Shown here in pieces: positions 38,892-50,500 of a stretch of 64,000 nucleotides of DNA (its first letter is position 1; each line of letters begins with the position of its first letter). Made by a program: the position numbers and the translations under genes. Source of the DNA: an uncultured Pelagibacteraceae bacterium (GTDB taxonomy: Bacteria; Pseudomonadota; Alphaproteobacteria; Pelagibacterales; Pelagibacteraceae); the NCBI GenBank assembly GCA_902617805.1, contig CACMYF010000002.1, forward strand, positions 5,889 through 69,888, written 5' to 3'. The notes beneath the pieces are model-generated. The model saw only the letters and a program-made list of their open reading frames with translations. It was not told the DNA's origin and ran no database searches.

Positions 38892-40853
38892 ATGAGCAAA
38901 AAACTTTGGCAATCATCTTTAATTGAAAAAAGAAATTCAAATTTATTTGCTTTTGAAAATTTCATTTCAAAAAAACTAAAAATAAAATTTAATGGAAATT
39001 ATAAAAATTTGCAAAATTGGAGTATTAAAAATTCACCTGAGTTTTGGAGTAGATTTTGGGATTTTAGCAAAATAAAAGGAACTAAAAGTAAAAAAAAAAT
39101 TAGAAAATCAAAAATTTTTTATAAAAATTTATTTTTACCAGGTAGCAAATTAAACTTTGGTGAAAATTTATTATCAAAAAATAATCAAGAAAAAGCAATT
39201 ACCTTTATAAGTGAAAATGGATATAGAGAGGAAAGATCTTGGAGACAATTAAATTTAAATACTAGCAAAATTTTAAAATTTTTAAAAAAATTAAATATTA
39301 AAAAAGGTGATAGAGTAGCAGCCTATATGCCCAATACCATTGAAACAGTTGAGGCATTTATTGCCACAACTACTTTAGGGTGCATTTGGTCTTCTTGCAG
39401 TCCTGATTTTGGTTCAAAAGGTGTTATAGAAAGATTTTCTCAAATTAATCCAAAAGTGCTATTTATCACTGATCAGTATTTTTATAATGGAAAAAAAATA
39501 GATGTTTTAAAAAGACTTCCTGAGATTTTAAAATCAATACCATCAATTAAAACTGTTGTAATAACTAATTATCCTGGGAAAAAATTTATTATAAATAAAA
39601 ATAAATTAAAAAAAATTAATTTATTTAAATGGAATAAATTAATGCAAACTAATGATGAAAAAATTAATTTTAAAAGATTTGATTTTGAAGCAGAATTAGC
39701 AATATTATATTCAAGTGGAACTACTGGAAAACCTAAATGTATTTGTCATAGATCTGGTGGTGTTTTAATTCAGCATAAAAAGGAACATCAATTACATTGT
39801 AATATTAAAGAAAATGATAATATTTTTTATTTCACTACATGTGGTTGGATGATGTGGAATTGGTTGGTTAGTTCATTAGCTTCTAAGGCATCTATCGTTC
39901 TTTTTGATGGATCTCCAATGTTTAAATCACCTGATTTGCTTTTGAAAATAGCACAAAGAGAAAAAATAACTTTATTTGGTATAAGTGCGAAGTATGTAGA
40001 TGCTTTAAGAAAATTTAAACCAAAATTAAAATATAAATTTAAACTAAATAAACTAAGAACAATTTGTTCAACTGGCTCACCTCTTTCAGAGGAAGGTTTT
40101 AAATATGTTTATAAGCACATAAAAAAAAATGTACATTTGTCATCTATTTCTGGTGGTACCGATATTGTTTCGTGCTTCGTATTAGGAAATTTATATCAGC
40201 CAGTGAATATAGGAGAAATACAAAACAATGGTTTGGCTTTGGATGTAGATGTTTTAAGTGATAAAGGGAAGTCTTTAAAAAATAGTAAAGGAGAACTTGT
40301 CTGTAAAAATCCTTTTCCATCAATGCCTTTAAAGTTTTGGAATGATAAAAATGATATTAAACTTAAGAGTGCTTATTTTAATAGATTTAAAAATATATGG
40401 CACCATGGAGATTACGCAGAGATAAAAAATAGTGGTGGATATATAATTCATGGAAGATCAGATACTACTTTAAATCCAGGAGGTGTAAGACTTGGAACAG
40501 CAGAGATATATTCAGAAGTTGAAAAGTTTAAAGAAATAAAAGAGTCTATTGTTGTAGGACAATCATGGGATAATGATGTTAGAATAGTTTTATTTATTGT
40601 AATGAGCAAAAATTATTCATTAACTGCAGAATTAATTAACAAAATTAAATTACAAATAAAAAAAAATGCATCTCCTAGACATGTTCCAAGTAAAATTATT
40701 GTTGTAAAAGATATACCTCGAACAAAAAGTGGCAAAATAGTTGAACTTGCAGTTAAAAGTAAGATAGAAGGAAGTCAAATTAAAAACATTGAAGCTTTAG
40801 CAAATCCCGAAGCTCTTGAACAATTTAATAATTTAAAAGAATTGAGCAATTAA
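38892..40853 (+). CDS. Acetoacetate-CoA ligase
   Basis: SSCSPDFG, YSSGTTGKPKCICH, TTCGWMMWNW, SISGGTDIVSCF, GRSDTTLNPGGVRLGTAEIY. Confidence 0.92.
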   Translation: MSKKLWQSSLIEKRNSNLFAFENFISKKLKIKFNGNYKNLQNWSIKNSPEFWSRFWDFSKIKGTKSKKKIRKSKIFYKNLFLPGSKLNFGENLLSKNNQEKAITFISENGYREERSWRQLNLNTSKILKFLKKLNIKKGDRVAAYMPNTIETVEAFIATTTLGCIWSSCSPDFGSKGVIERFSQINPKVLFITDQYFYNGKKIDVLKRLPEILKSIPSIKTVVITNYPGKKFIINKNKLKKINLFKWNKLMQTNDEKINFKRFDFEAELAILYSSGTTGKPKCICHRSGGVLIQHKKEHQLHCNIKENDNIFYFTTCGWMMWNWLVSSLASKASIVLFDGSPMFKSPDLLLKIAQREKITLFGISAKYVDALRKFKPKLKYKFKLNKLRTICSTGSPLSEEGFKYVYKHIKKNVHLSSISGGTDIVSCFVLGNLYQPVNIGEIQNNGLALDVDVLSDKGKSLKNSKGELVCKNPFPSMPLKFWNDKNDIKLKSAYFNRFKNIWHHGDYAEIKNSGGYIIHGRSDTTLNPGGVRLGTAEIYSEVEKFKEIKESIVVGQSWDNDVRIVLFIVMSKNYSLTAELINKIKLQIKKNASPRHVPSKIIVVKDIPRTKSGKIVELAVKSKIEGSQIKNIEALANPEALEQFNNLKELSN

Positions 40854-42080
40854 ATGTTAAAAAATCTTGTCAAAGACCTAAGGCCTTCATCTACTCTTGC
40901 AATTAACGAAACTTCAAAACAATTAGAACAACAAGGAAAAAAAATCTTTAAATTTGGTTTTGGACAATCACCATTTAAAGTACCTGAGGATGTTGTTGAA
41001 GAATTAAAAAGTAATGCCTATCAAAACAAATATTTACCCATGCAGGGCCTTGAGGAATTAAGGGAAGCTGTAGCGAAATATTCATCTAAAAAGAAAAATT
41101 ATAACTACAAAGCTAACAATGTAATTATTGGACCAGGATCTAAAGAATTAATGTTTTTATTACATGTAATTTTTGATGGTGAAATTATATTGCCAGCACC
41201 CAGTTGGGTTTCATATGCACCACAAGCTATTTTAGGGAGAAATAAAATTCAAATTCTCCAAACAGAAAGAGGAAACAACTGGTTTCCTACTGGACCACAG
41301 ATTGAGAAAATCATATCAAAAGATAAAGATAAAAATTATTTATTATTTTTAAATTCACCGAACAATCCTTCCGGACAGGTTTGTAACAAATTAGAAGAAA
41401 TTTCAGAAATTGCCAAAAAGTATAATCTTATAATTTTATCAGATGAAATATATTCAGAATTAACATTTTCGAAAAATTTTAAATCTATCTCAAGTTATTG
41501 TCCTGAAAAAACTATTATTAGTACTGGACTTAGTAAATGGTGTGGTGCAGGAGGATGGAGACTTGGTTATTTTATAATTCCAGATGAATTGAATAATATA
41601 AAAAATATGATCAATGTATTAGCTAGTGAAACTTTTTCTGCTGTGAGCGCACCTATTCAGTATGCAGCAATCAAAGCTTACGAAAATGATCATTCAAATT
41701 ATATTACAAAATCAGTAAATATTTTAAGTGCAGTTGGTAAATATGTTTTTTCAAATTTAAAATCAAATAAGGTATTGATTAATGAACCTCATGGAGGATT
41801 TTATTTAATGCCAGAATTTTTAAATAACAAATTTAAAACTTCATCAGAAATGTGTAAGGATATATTAAATAATACTGGAGTTGCTTTATTACCAGGTTCT
41901 GATTTTGGGTTTAATCCAGATAAAATGTTAGCAAGGTTAAGTTTTACAGATTTTGATGGACAAGAGTTTATGAACAATATTGATGAAACAAAAAAAATTG
42001 ATGAAAATTTAATTAATAAGTTTGCGCCAAAAGTAGTAGAAGGTGTTAATAAACTAAAGAATTGGTCAGAAAACTTATAA
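40854..42080 (+). CDS. PLP-dependent aminotransferase class I/II
   Basis: NSPNNPSG, SDEIY, GLSKWCGAGGWRLG. Confidence 0.9.
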   Translation: MLKNLVKDLRPSSTLAINETSKQLEQQGKKIFKFGFGQSPFKVPEDVVEELKSNAYQNKYLPMQGLEELREAVAKYSSKKKNYNYKANNVIIGPGSKELMFLLHVIFDGEIILPAPSWVSYAPQAILGRNKIQILQTERGNNWFPTGPQIEKIISKDKDKNYLLFLNSPNNPSGQVCNKLEEISEIAKKYNLIILSDEIYSELTFSKNFKSISSYCPEKTIISTGLSKWCGAGGWRLGYFIIPDELNNIKNMINVLASETFSAVSAPIQYAAIKAYENDHSNYITKSVNILSAVGKYVFSNLKSNKVLINEPHGGFYLMPEFLNNKFKTSSEMCKDILNNTGVALLPGSDFGFNPDKMLARLSFTDFDGQEFMNNIDETKKIDENLINKFAPKVVEGVNKLKNWSENL

Positions 42081-42159
42081 AATCACTCTGTACACCTACG
42101 ATTATTTTTTGTTAGAATAAACTTATAAAAATAACGACATATAAATAGAGGGGTAAACA

Positions 42160-43164
42160 ATGAAAAAAATAATCACATCTCTATCAAGTGCTTTACTGAT
42201 TTTATTTGCATCATTGTCTTTGACAACTGTTGCTAAATCAGCTGAGTTCTTTACGATAGGAACAGGCGGACCTACAGGAGTATACTTCCAAACAGGGAAC
42301 GCTATATGTAAAATGCTTCACAAATCAGCAATTAGTGCTGAACATGGCAGAAAAAAAGGTACAGCTAAAGCTTATAGATGTACTGCTCCATCCACTGGTG
42401 GATCTAACTACAATATTGGTCAGATAGCAGCTGGAGAATTCCAATTTGGTGTAGCACAATCAGACTGGCAGTATCATGCTGTTAATGGATCTAGTAAATG
42501 GGAAGGAAAACAATTTAGTAATTTGAGAGCAGTTTTCTCAGTTCACAATGAGCCTTTTCAAATTTGGGCTAGAAAAAAAGCAAAAATTAAAGATTTTGCT
42601 GGATTAAAAGGAAAAGTAGTTAACATCGGTAATCCTGGTTCAGGTCAAAGAGGAACTATGGAAGAACTGATGAAAGCAATGGGTGTTGATAACAGTTTCT
42701 TTAAATCAACAACTGAACTTACATCTTCTGAACAAGTTAAAGCACTATGCGACGGAAAAATAGATGCATTTGGTTATTCTGTTGGATTTCCAAATGGTGC
42801 TATGGAACAAGCAGCAACTTGTGCAGCTAAAGCATCTCCAATTAATTTAACAGGTTCTGAGGTTCAAGGTTTAATTGATGGTGCAGATTATTATGCACAG
42901 GCAGTAATACCTAAAGGAACTTACACAGGTCAGAAAAAAGATGCTACAACTTTTGGTGTAAAAGCTACTGTTGTTACTTCTGCAGATGTTTCTGAAGAGC
43001 TTGTTTATTTAGTTACAAAAGCTGTGATGGAAAATTTTGATGATTTCAAAAAACAACATCCAGCATTTGGATTCTTGGAAAAGAAAAACATGATTAAAGA
43101 TGGTTTATCTGCTCCATTACATCCAGGTGCAATAAAATACTATAAAGAAGCTGGGTTAATGTAA
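42160..43164 (+). CDS. TAXI-family TRAP solute-binding protein
   Basis: Signal peptide; IGTGGPTGVY, STGGSNYN, AQSD, GNPGSG, PLHPGAIKYY. Confidence 0.93.
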   Translation: MKKIITSLSSALLILFASLSLTTVAKSAEFFTIGTGGPTGVYFQTGNAICKMLHKSAISAEHGRKKGTAKAYRCTAPSTGGSNYNIGQIAAGEFQFGVAQSDWQYHAVNGSSKWEGKQFSNLRAVFSVHNEPFQIWARKKAKIKDFAGLKGKVVNIGNPGSGQRGTMEELMKAMGVDNSFFKSTTELTSSEQVKALCDGKIDAFGYSVGFPNGAMEQAATCAAKASPINLTGSEVQGLIDGADYYAQAVIPKGTYTGQKKDATTFGVKATVVTSADVSEELVYLVTKAVMENFDDFKKQHPAFGFLEKKNMIKDGLSAPLHPGAIKYYKEAGLM

Positions 43165-43181
43165 TCCAATTTTTATTAATT

Positions 43182-43217
43182 AAAAAGGCCTGGTAATTTT
43201 TACCGGGCCTTTTTTTT
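43182..43217 (+). terminator. Intrinsic terminator between TAXI binding protein and permease
   Basis: AAAAAGGCCTGGTAA-TTT-TTACCGGGCCTTTTTTTT. Confidence 0.85.
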
Positions 43218-43235
43218 ATGGTATGAATAATTTTA

Positions 43236-45557
43236 ATGAGCGACTCAATCAGCAGTAAAATTAAAAATAAAATAAGCGAAGACTTATCACCAACTAGAAA
43301 TATTACTGGTTTTCATTTAAAAATTGTTTCAGCAATAGCAATTATTTGGTCACTATTTCAACTTTGGTACGCTTCACCATTTCCATTTATGCTAAATTTT
43401 GGAATGTTTAAGGGATTGCCAGCAAGAGCAATTCATTTAGGTTTTGCTTTAACTTTGGCCTTTTTAATTTACCCAATCTCAAAAGGTAAGAAAATTTCGT
43501 TTTTTGATGTTTTGATCAGTTTTATGGGAGCGATATCGTGTCTTTATATTTATTTTTTTTATGATCAGTTGGTTGAAAGAGGGGGTGTTCTTTTAAATCT
43601 GAAGATATCAGAAACATTAAATTTTCCTTTAGAATTGATTTTAGGAGGATGTGGAATTTTAATTCTTTTAGAGGCCACCAGAAGAGCAATTGGTTTACCT
43701 TTGGTAATTATAGCTAGTTGTTTTCTATTGTTTTCATACTTTGGAAGGTATGCGCCTGAAATAATTTCTCATGGCGGTTTGTCTTTAAATAGACTTGTAG
43801 GCTTCCAGTGGCTTGATCAAGAAGCAATTTTTGGAATTCCAATTGGGGTATCAGTAGATTTTATTTTCCTATTTGTTTTATTTGGCGCTTTGCTTGAAAC
43901 TGCTGGTGGTGGAAAATATTTTTTAGATCTTGCTTTTGCAATGGTTGGAAAAATGAGAGGAGGACCTGCAAAGGCAGCAATATTAGGCTCAGGTATGACT
44001 GGATTAATTTCGGGATCTTCAATTGCAAACACAGTTACTACTGGAACTTTTACAATTCCAATTATGAAAAAAACTGGTTTTTCAAAAGAAAAAGCTGGTG
44101 CTATCGAGGTTTCCTCATCAGTCAATGGTCAGATCATGCCACCTGTCATGGGCGCGGCTGCATTCGTAATGGCAAGTTTTATTGGTGTAACTTACTTTGA
44201 AATAGTTAAACATGCTTTCTTACCAGCAATTATTTCTTACATAGCATTATTTTATATTTCACATTTAGAAGCTTTAAAATTAAATCTCAAAGGAATGGAT
44301 GATGCAGATGTTCCTCATTTAAAAAAAACTTTTTTATCTGGGATACATTTTTTAATACCAATTTTTGTTTTAATTTATACTTTGGTTTATTTAAGATTTA
44401 CTGCCTCATATTCAATTTTTTATGCAACCATTACTTTGGTTTTAGTCAATTTAATAAATTTGTTAATTAAAAATGAAATTAAAAAAGATGCTTTTAAAGA
44501 ATGGTTTAATCAAACAATAGTTGGTTTTGAAAAAGGCGCTTTAAATATGGTTGCTGTTGGTATAGCGATTGCAACTGCAGGAATTATTGTTGGTGCAGTT
44601 GGATCTACAGGCTTAAGTACTAATTTAATAATAGTTATAGAATCTATAGCTAAAGATAATGTTACTATATTATTATTTTTAACAATTATTTTGTGCTTAC
44701 TTTTAGGAATGGGTTTGCCAACAACGGCAAATTATGTTGTTGTTGCTTCTTTAATGGCGACTGTGTTGGTGGATGTTGGGAATGCCTCAGGTTTTATTTT
44801 TCCGTTAATTGCAGTTCATTTATTTGTCTTTTATTTTGGCTTAATGGCTGATGTAACGCCACCAGTGGGACTTGCCTCTTATGCAGCTGCAGGAATATCT
44901 GGTGGAGATCCCTTAAGAACAGGGGTGCAAGCTTTTTGGTATAGTTTAAGAACAGGAATTTTGCCGATTGTATTCTTATTTAACCATGAACTTTTACTTA
45001 TTGGTATTGAAAATATTTGGCATGGATTGATTGTAATTATAACTTCTTTAATTGGGATTTTAGTATTTACATCAGCCACTCAAGGATGGTTTATTAATAA
45101 ACTTAAATGGTATGAAATAATTATTTTTTTAGTAATTTCTATTTCCTTGTTATCACCCGACTTTGTTTTAAACAAATTTTATCCAAAATATAATTATGAG
45201 GAAATTACTAAAATTAATTCAATGAAATTAGACTCAACAAAAGAAATTCAAATTAAAATAACAAGGCCTAGTTTATACGGAGAAAGATATAAGTTATTTG
45301 TGATATCAAAAAATACTTTTGAAGATAAATTTACTTTAGAGGACTATGGAATTAAATTAATGAAACAAGATGATAAAGTTGTTGTTGATAATTTGAAATG
45401 GAATGGAGAAGCAAAAAAAAGTGGTTTTGAAATGGGAGACTTTATAAGTGAATTTAAAATTGAAAATTCAGATAGACCATCCAAAAATATCGTTTATCCT
45501 ATAGCAATATTATTGTTAGTAGTATTTGGCTACTTTAACTTAAAAAGAAAAGAGTAA
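43236..45557 (+). CDS. TAXI-TRAP fused DctQM permease
   Basis: GGPAKAA, SGSSIANTVTTG, GQIMPPVMGAAAF, GMGLPTTA, ADVTPPVGLA. Confidence 0.93.
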   Translation: MSDSISSKIKNKISEDLSPTRNITGFHLKIVSAIAIIWSLFQLWYASPFPFMLNFGMFKGLPARAIHLGFALTLAFLIYPISKGKKISFFDVLISFMGAISCLYIYFFYDQLVERGGVLLNLKISETLNFPLELILGGCGILILLEATRRAIGLPLVIIASCFLLFSYFGRYAPEIISHGGLSLNRLVGFQWLDQEAIFGIPIGVSVDFIFLFVLFGALLETAGGGKYFLDLAFAMVGKMRGGPAKAAILGSGMTGLISGSSIANTVTTGTFTIPIMKKTGFSKEKAGAIEVSSSVNGQIMPPVMGAAAFVMASFIGVTYFEIVKHAFLPAIISYIALFYISHLEALKLNLKGMDDADVPHLKKTFLSGIHFLIPIFVLIYTLVYLRFTASYSIFYATITLVLVNLINLLIKNEIKKDAFKEWFNQTIVGFEKGALNMVAVGIAIATAGIIVGAVGSTGLSTNLIIVIESIAKDNVTILLFLTIILCLLLGMGLPTTANYVVVASLMATVLVDVGNASGFIFPLIAVHLFVFYFGLMADVTPPVGLASYAAAGISGGDPLRTGVQAFWYSLRTGILPIVFLFNHELLLIGIENIWHGLIVIITSLIGILVFTSATQGWFINKLKWYEIIIFLVISISLLSPDFVLNKFYPKYNYEEITKINSMKLDSTKEIQIKITRPSLYGERYKLFVISKNTFEDKFTLEDYGIKLMKQDDKVVVDNLKWNGEAKKSGFEMGDFISEFKIENSDRPSKNIVYPIAILLLVVFGYFNLKRKE

Positions 45558-45559
45558 AA

Positions 45560-45985
45560 TTACCCACCTGGACCTAAATTAGAAGGCTTTATTTTAATAA
45601 TTTTCCATACTCCAGACGCAGAGGTAATTATTTTATCATTACACTTTAGCTCACAAAATAAAAACACAAGAGTATTCGTTTTTTTTAAAATTTTTGTATG
45701 TCCAATAATTTCATCTCCAACTTTTGAAGCGCCTATAAATTTTATATCTAAGGAGATGGTTACACATGGAGCATTTCCTGCAGCTCTATGTGCGGCTGTT
45801 CCTGCTCCTGCATCTATTAAAGCAGATAAATAACCCCCATGAGTTATTCCAGCAGCATTTAAATGATTTTCATTAATTATAGATTTAAATTCATATTCAT
45901 TTTCTGAAATAGCTCTAAATAAAACACCTCCATTGTGTTTCATAAATCCAGGTTTAATACTTATTTGCTCAAATTCATTGCTCAT
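45560..45985 (-). CDS. PaaI-family hotdog thioesterase
   Basis: HLNAAGITHGGYLSALID, VTISLDIKF. Confidence 0.88.
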   Translation of the reverse strand: MSNEFEQISIKPGFMKHNGGVLFRAISENEYEFKSIINENHLNAAGITHGGYLSALIDAGAGTAAHRAAGNAPCVTISLDIKFIGASKVGDEIIGHTKILKKTNTLVFLFCELKCNDKIITSASGVWKIIKIKPSNLGPGG

Positions 45986-45991
45986 AATTTT

Positions 45992-46090
45992 TTATAATAC
46001 AAAAGTTAAAATTAATAAAATAATTAAAATAATTATAAAAAAATAAATTACTGATTTTTGTAAAGATGCATTCAAAAGCCAATTAAACAT
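45992..46090 (-). CDS. Putative 32-aa single-pass membrane protein (not in ORF track)
   Basis: MFNWLLNASLQKSVIYFFIIILIILLILTFVL; AAGGA upstream; fills the gap between tRNA-Arg and the thioesterase. Confidence 0.5.
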   Translation of the reverse strand: MFNWLLNASLQKSVIYFFIIILIILLILTFVL

Positions 46091-46104
46091 TTTTATTTCC
46101 TTTT

Positions 46105-46181
46105 TGGTGGACCGCCCAGAACTCGAATCTGGAATCTCCCGGTTCGTAGCCGAGCGCCTTATCCAATTTGGCCAGCGGTCC
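46105..46181 (-). tRNA. tRNA-Arg(ACG)
   Basis: Reverse complement GGACCGC...CTCGG-CTACGAA-CCGGG...GCGGTCC-ACCA, 77 nt. Confidence 0.96.
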
Positions 46182-46254
46182 CTTTAAATAATATATCTCA
46201 TATATCAAAGTTTTTGATGTAATTTAACTTATAAAATATTATGTTAATTACTTT

Positions 46255-47442
46255 ATGAGCAAAAATTCTAGCGATGTTGTAATTACTTCAGCACTAAGAA
46301 CTCCAATTGGAAGATACAAAGGGTCGTTAAAAAATCTTAGCGCATCAAAATTAGGATCAATAGCAATTAAAGAGGTAATTTATAAATCAAAATTAGATTT
46401 AGAGGAGATTGATGAAGTAATTATGGGGCACGTTTTAACTTCTGGACTTGGTCAAAATCCTGCTAGACAAGCTTCAATCGGTGCAGGAGTACCGGTTTCT
46501 AAGCCTGCTCATATTGTTAATCAGGTTTGTGGATCTGGATTAAGATCTGTTGTTTCAGGATATCAATCAATAAGTTTAGGAGAAAATAAAATAGTCATTG
46601 CAGGCGGTCAAGAAAATATGTCTCGAGCAACTCATGCAATTTATTATAGAGAAGATAAAAAATTTTCTGAAAACAAATTAGTAGATACAATGATAAAAGA
46701 TGGTCTACTCGATTCATTTAATGATTATCATATGGGTGTTACAGCTGAGAATGTTGCTGAAAAATATAAAATTTCTAGAGATGAACAAGATAATTTTTCT
46801 TTAAATTCTCAGAAAAAAACAGAAAAAGCTTATAGTCAAAATAGATTTAAAGATGAGCTGATAAAATTACAAATTGAAGATGGCGACAAAAAATTAATTT
46901 TTGAAAAAGATGAACATCCTAGAGAAAATTTAAGTATAGACGATCTAAGAAAATTAAAAACAGTATTTAAAGAAAATGGGACTGTAACACCTGGAAATTC
47001 CTCAGGTATAAACGATGGTGCTGCGGCCTTAGTTTTAATGTCTAGAGAGCAAGCAGAAAAAAAATCATTAGAGTCATTGGTTAAAATTGTATCTTGGGCA
47101 ACTTGTGGGGTTGAGCCTTCATTAATGGGACTAGGACCCATACCTTCAATTCAAGAAGCATTATCTAAAGCAAATTGGAAAATAGATGAAGTAGATTTAT
47201 TTGAAATTAATGAGGCTTTTGCAGCACAAAGTATTGCGGTAATTAAAGAATTAAAAATCCCTGAACAAAAAGTTAATGTTAATGGAGGAGCAATCGCTTT
47301 AGGTCATCCGATTGGAGCTTCTGGGGCAAGAATTTTGGTTACACTTATCCATGAAATGATCAAGCAAGATAAAAAAAAAGGTTGTGCGGCACTCTGTATT
47401 GGTGGTGGTATGGGGATAGCTATGTGTATTGAGAGAAGCTAA
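46255..47442 (+). CDS. Acetyl-CoA C-acetyltransferase (thiolase)
   Basis: [35 protein letters not shown]. Confidence 0.95.
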   Translation: MSKNSSDVVITSALRTPIGRYKGSLKNLSASKLGSIAIKEVIYKSKLDLEEIDEVIMGHVLTSGLGQNPARQASIGAGVPVSKPAHIVNQVCGSGLRSVVSGYQSISLGENKIVIAGGQENMSRATHAIYYREDKKFSENKLVDTMIKDGLLDSFNDYHMGVTAENVAEKYKISRDEQDNFSLNSQKKTEKAYSQNRFKDELIKLQIEDGDKKLIFEKDEHPRENLSIDDLRKLKTVFKENGTVTPGNSSGINDGAAALVLMSREQAEKKSLESLVKIVSWATCGVEPSLMGLGPIPSIQEALSKANWKIDEVDLFEINEAFAAQSIAVIKELKIPEQKVNVNGGAIALGHPIGASGARILVTLIHEMIKQDKKKGCAALCIGGGMGIAMCIERS

Positions 47443-47570
47443 AAAGCGTAAAATTCATTTATTTTTTTATTTTTTGTAAAATAAAAACACAAGATTAACG
47501 AAAAAACCTTATTAATGTGTTAAAATAAAATCCAATAATGTTTTTTTGGGTATATAAAACATTTTAAAAA

Positions 47571-50500
47571 ATGAGCGAAAAATTACTTGTTCCTGACATT
47601 GGTGACTTTGAAAATGTTGAGGTTATAGAGATACTTGTAAAACCTGGTGATCAAATTAAAGAAAATGATCCAATAGTTACAATTGAAAGTGACAAATCAA
47701 GTGTTGAAATCCCTTCTACAATTGCTGGAAAAGTAGATAGTTTAGCAGTTAAAGTTGGTGATAAAGTTTCTAAAGGTGATTTATTGCTTAATCTTACATC
47801 ATCACCAAAAACATCATCAGAAAGCACTCTTCCAAAAGATACAGAAAATATAATTAAACAAGCTGAAGAAGCAATGGCTGAAAAAAAAGAGGAAGATAAA
47901 ATTATATCTGAACCAATAATTGAGAAAAAACAATCTACAATACAAGTAGTTAACGGGACTGATATTGATCCGCTTGAAACTCAAGATTGGTTAGAGTCTT
48001 TATCAGCAGTTATTTCAAAAGATGGAAATCAAAGAGCTCATTTTTTGATTAAAGAACTAATTAACAAAGCTTATCGAGAAGGAGCGAATATTCCTTATAC
48101 TCAAAATACACCTTACATTAATACAATACCCCCAGAGGCTGAAGTAAAGTCTAGTGGTGATCAAAATATTGAAAGAAGAATTAGATCGTTAATTAGATGG
48201 AATGCAGCAGCGATGGTAGTTCGAGCAAATAAAAAACACCCTGAACTTGGTGGACACATTGGTACATTTGCATCTGCTGCAACATTATACGATGTTGGCA
48301 TGAACCATTTTTGGAGAGCAAAAAATAATAAATTTGGTGGAGATTTAATTTATTTCCAAGGGCATAGTGCTCCAGGAATGTATGCAAGGGCCTTCTTAGA
48401 AGGTAGATTAAATGAGAAACAATTAGATAGTTTTAGACAAGAGGTAAAGCCTGGAGGTCTATCGTCATATCCACACCCATGGCTAATGCCAAAATTTTGG
48501 CAGTTCCCCACAGTATCGATGGGGTTAGGCCCCATGCTTGCTATATATCAAGCCAGATATATGAAATATTTAATCAATAGAGGTTTGATTAAAGATGAAG
48601 GAAGAAAAGTGTGGGCCTTTTTAGGTGATGGAGAAATGGATGAGCCAGAGTCGATGGGAGCAATTGGGCTGGCTGCAAGAGAGAATTTAGATAATTTAAT
48701 TTTTGTAGTTAATTGCAATCTTCAAAGATTGGATGGTCCAGTTAGAGGTAATGGAAAAATTATTCAAGAACTTGAAGGAAGTTTTAGAGGATCTGGGTGG
48801 AATGTAATAAAGGTAATTTGGGGATCGTATTGGGACTCATTGATAGCCAACGATAAAACGGGTCAATTAGTAAAAATTATGAATGAGACAGTAGATGGTG
48901 AGTATCAAGCAATGAAAGCAAGAGACGGTGCTTATGTAAGAGAAAAGTTTTTTGGAAAATCCCCTGAAACATTAGAATTAGTTTCAAGCATGTCTGATAA
49001 AGATATATGGCGACTCAATAGAGGTGGACATGATCCTCATAAAGTTTTTGCTGCATATGATAAGGCAACTAAAAATAAAGGAAGCCCAACAGTAATTATT
49101 GCTAAAACTATTAAAGGTTATGGAATGGGAAAATCTGGTGAAAGTGTAAATACTACTCACCAAACTAAAAAATTAGATGTTGATGACTTGATGTATTATA
49201 GAGATCGATTTGATGTTCCTTTAACAGATGAACAGGTAAGAAATATTGAATATTTTAAGCCTGATGAAAAATCACCCGAAATAAAATATCTTAAAGAAAG
49301 AAGAATTAAATTAGGTGGATTTTTACCTGAAAGATCTACTTTTGCAAAACCAATAAAAGCACCAACCAAAGATATTTTTGATTTTATGAAAGTATCTACT
49401 GGTGAAAAAGAAATGTCTACTACAATGGCACTTGTGAGAATGCTAACTAATTTATTAAGAGATAAAAATATATCTCCAAGATTAGTTCCAATTATTCCTG
49501 ATGAAGCCAGAACGTTTGGCATGGAGGGTTTTTTCCAAAAAATTGGAATTTATGCACATGAGGGGCAAAAATATGAACCCGAGGATGCTGCTCAATTAAG
49601 TTCTTATAGAGAAGATAAAAGTGGTCAAGTTTTAGAAGAAGGTATCAATGAGGCAGGTGCTATGTCTTCATGGATTGCTGCTGCCACTGCATATACTAAT
49701 CATGATATCGAAATGATCCCAATTTATATTTTTTATTCAATGTTTGGTTTCCAAAGAATAGGAGATCTAGCTTGGGCAGCAGGGGATAGTCAGGCTAGAG
49801 GATTTTTGGTAGGTGCAACAGCTGGAAGAACAACATTAGCTGGAGAAGGCTTACAACACCAGGATGGACATAGTCATTTGATTGCATCAACTATTCCAAA
49901 TTGTGTAACTTATGATCCTACATTCCACTATGAATTAGCTGTAATTTTTCGAGAAGGTCTAAGAAGAATGCATGAGAAAAATGAGAATATTTTTTATTAT
50001 ATTACAACAATGAATGAAAATTACTCACATCCAGAAATGCCGAAAGATAAAAATTGTGAGGAAGGCATTTTAAAGGGTATGTATAAAATAAAAGAATTTA
50101 ACAAATACAAAAAAACTAAAATTCAACTTTTAGGATCAGGAACAATCTTAAGGGAAATGATGTCTGCTGCAGAGATTTTGCAAAATGATTATCAAATTGA
50201 CAGCGAGATATGGAGTGTAACAAGTTTTAATGAATTAAGAAAAGATGGGATGGAGGTAGAAAGATATAATCTTTTAAATCCTGATAAAGAACCCAAAAAA
50301 TCTTATGTTGAGCAATGCCTAGGCCAAACAGAGGGCCCAATTATGGCTGCATCTGATTATATGAGAATGAATTCAGATCAAATCAGATCTTATACTAATA
50401 AAAGTTTTTATTCATTAGGAGCAGATGGTTTTGGAAGAAGTGACACAAGAAAAAATTTAAGAAAATTTTTTGAGGTAGATAAAGAACATTTGGTTGCTTA

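Noticed and set aside
32473-46181. Genomic island or prophage bounded by the two tRNAs
   Set aside because: No integrase, no duplicated tRNA 3' end seen, and the enclosed genes include core loci (carD, fdxA, helicase).
47537-47563. AATGTTTT-N11-AAAACATT inverted repeat before aceE
   Set aside because: Low complexity and no match to a regulator motif I recognise; unsupported without conservation data.
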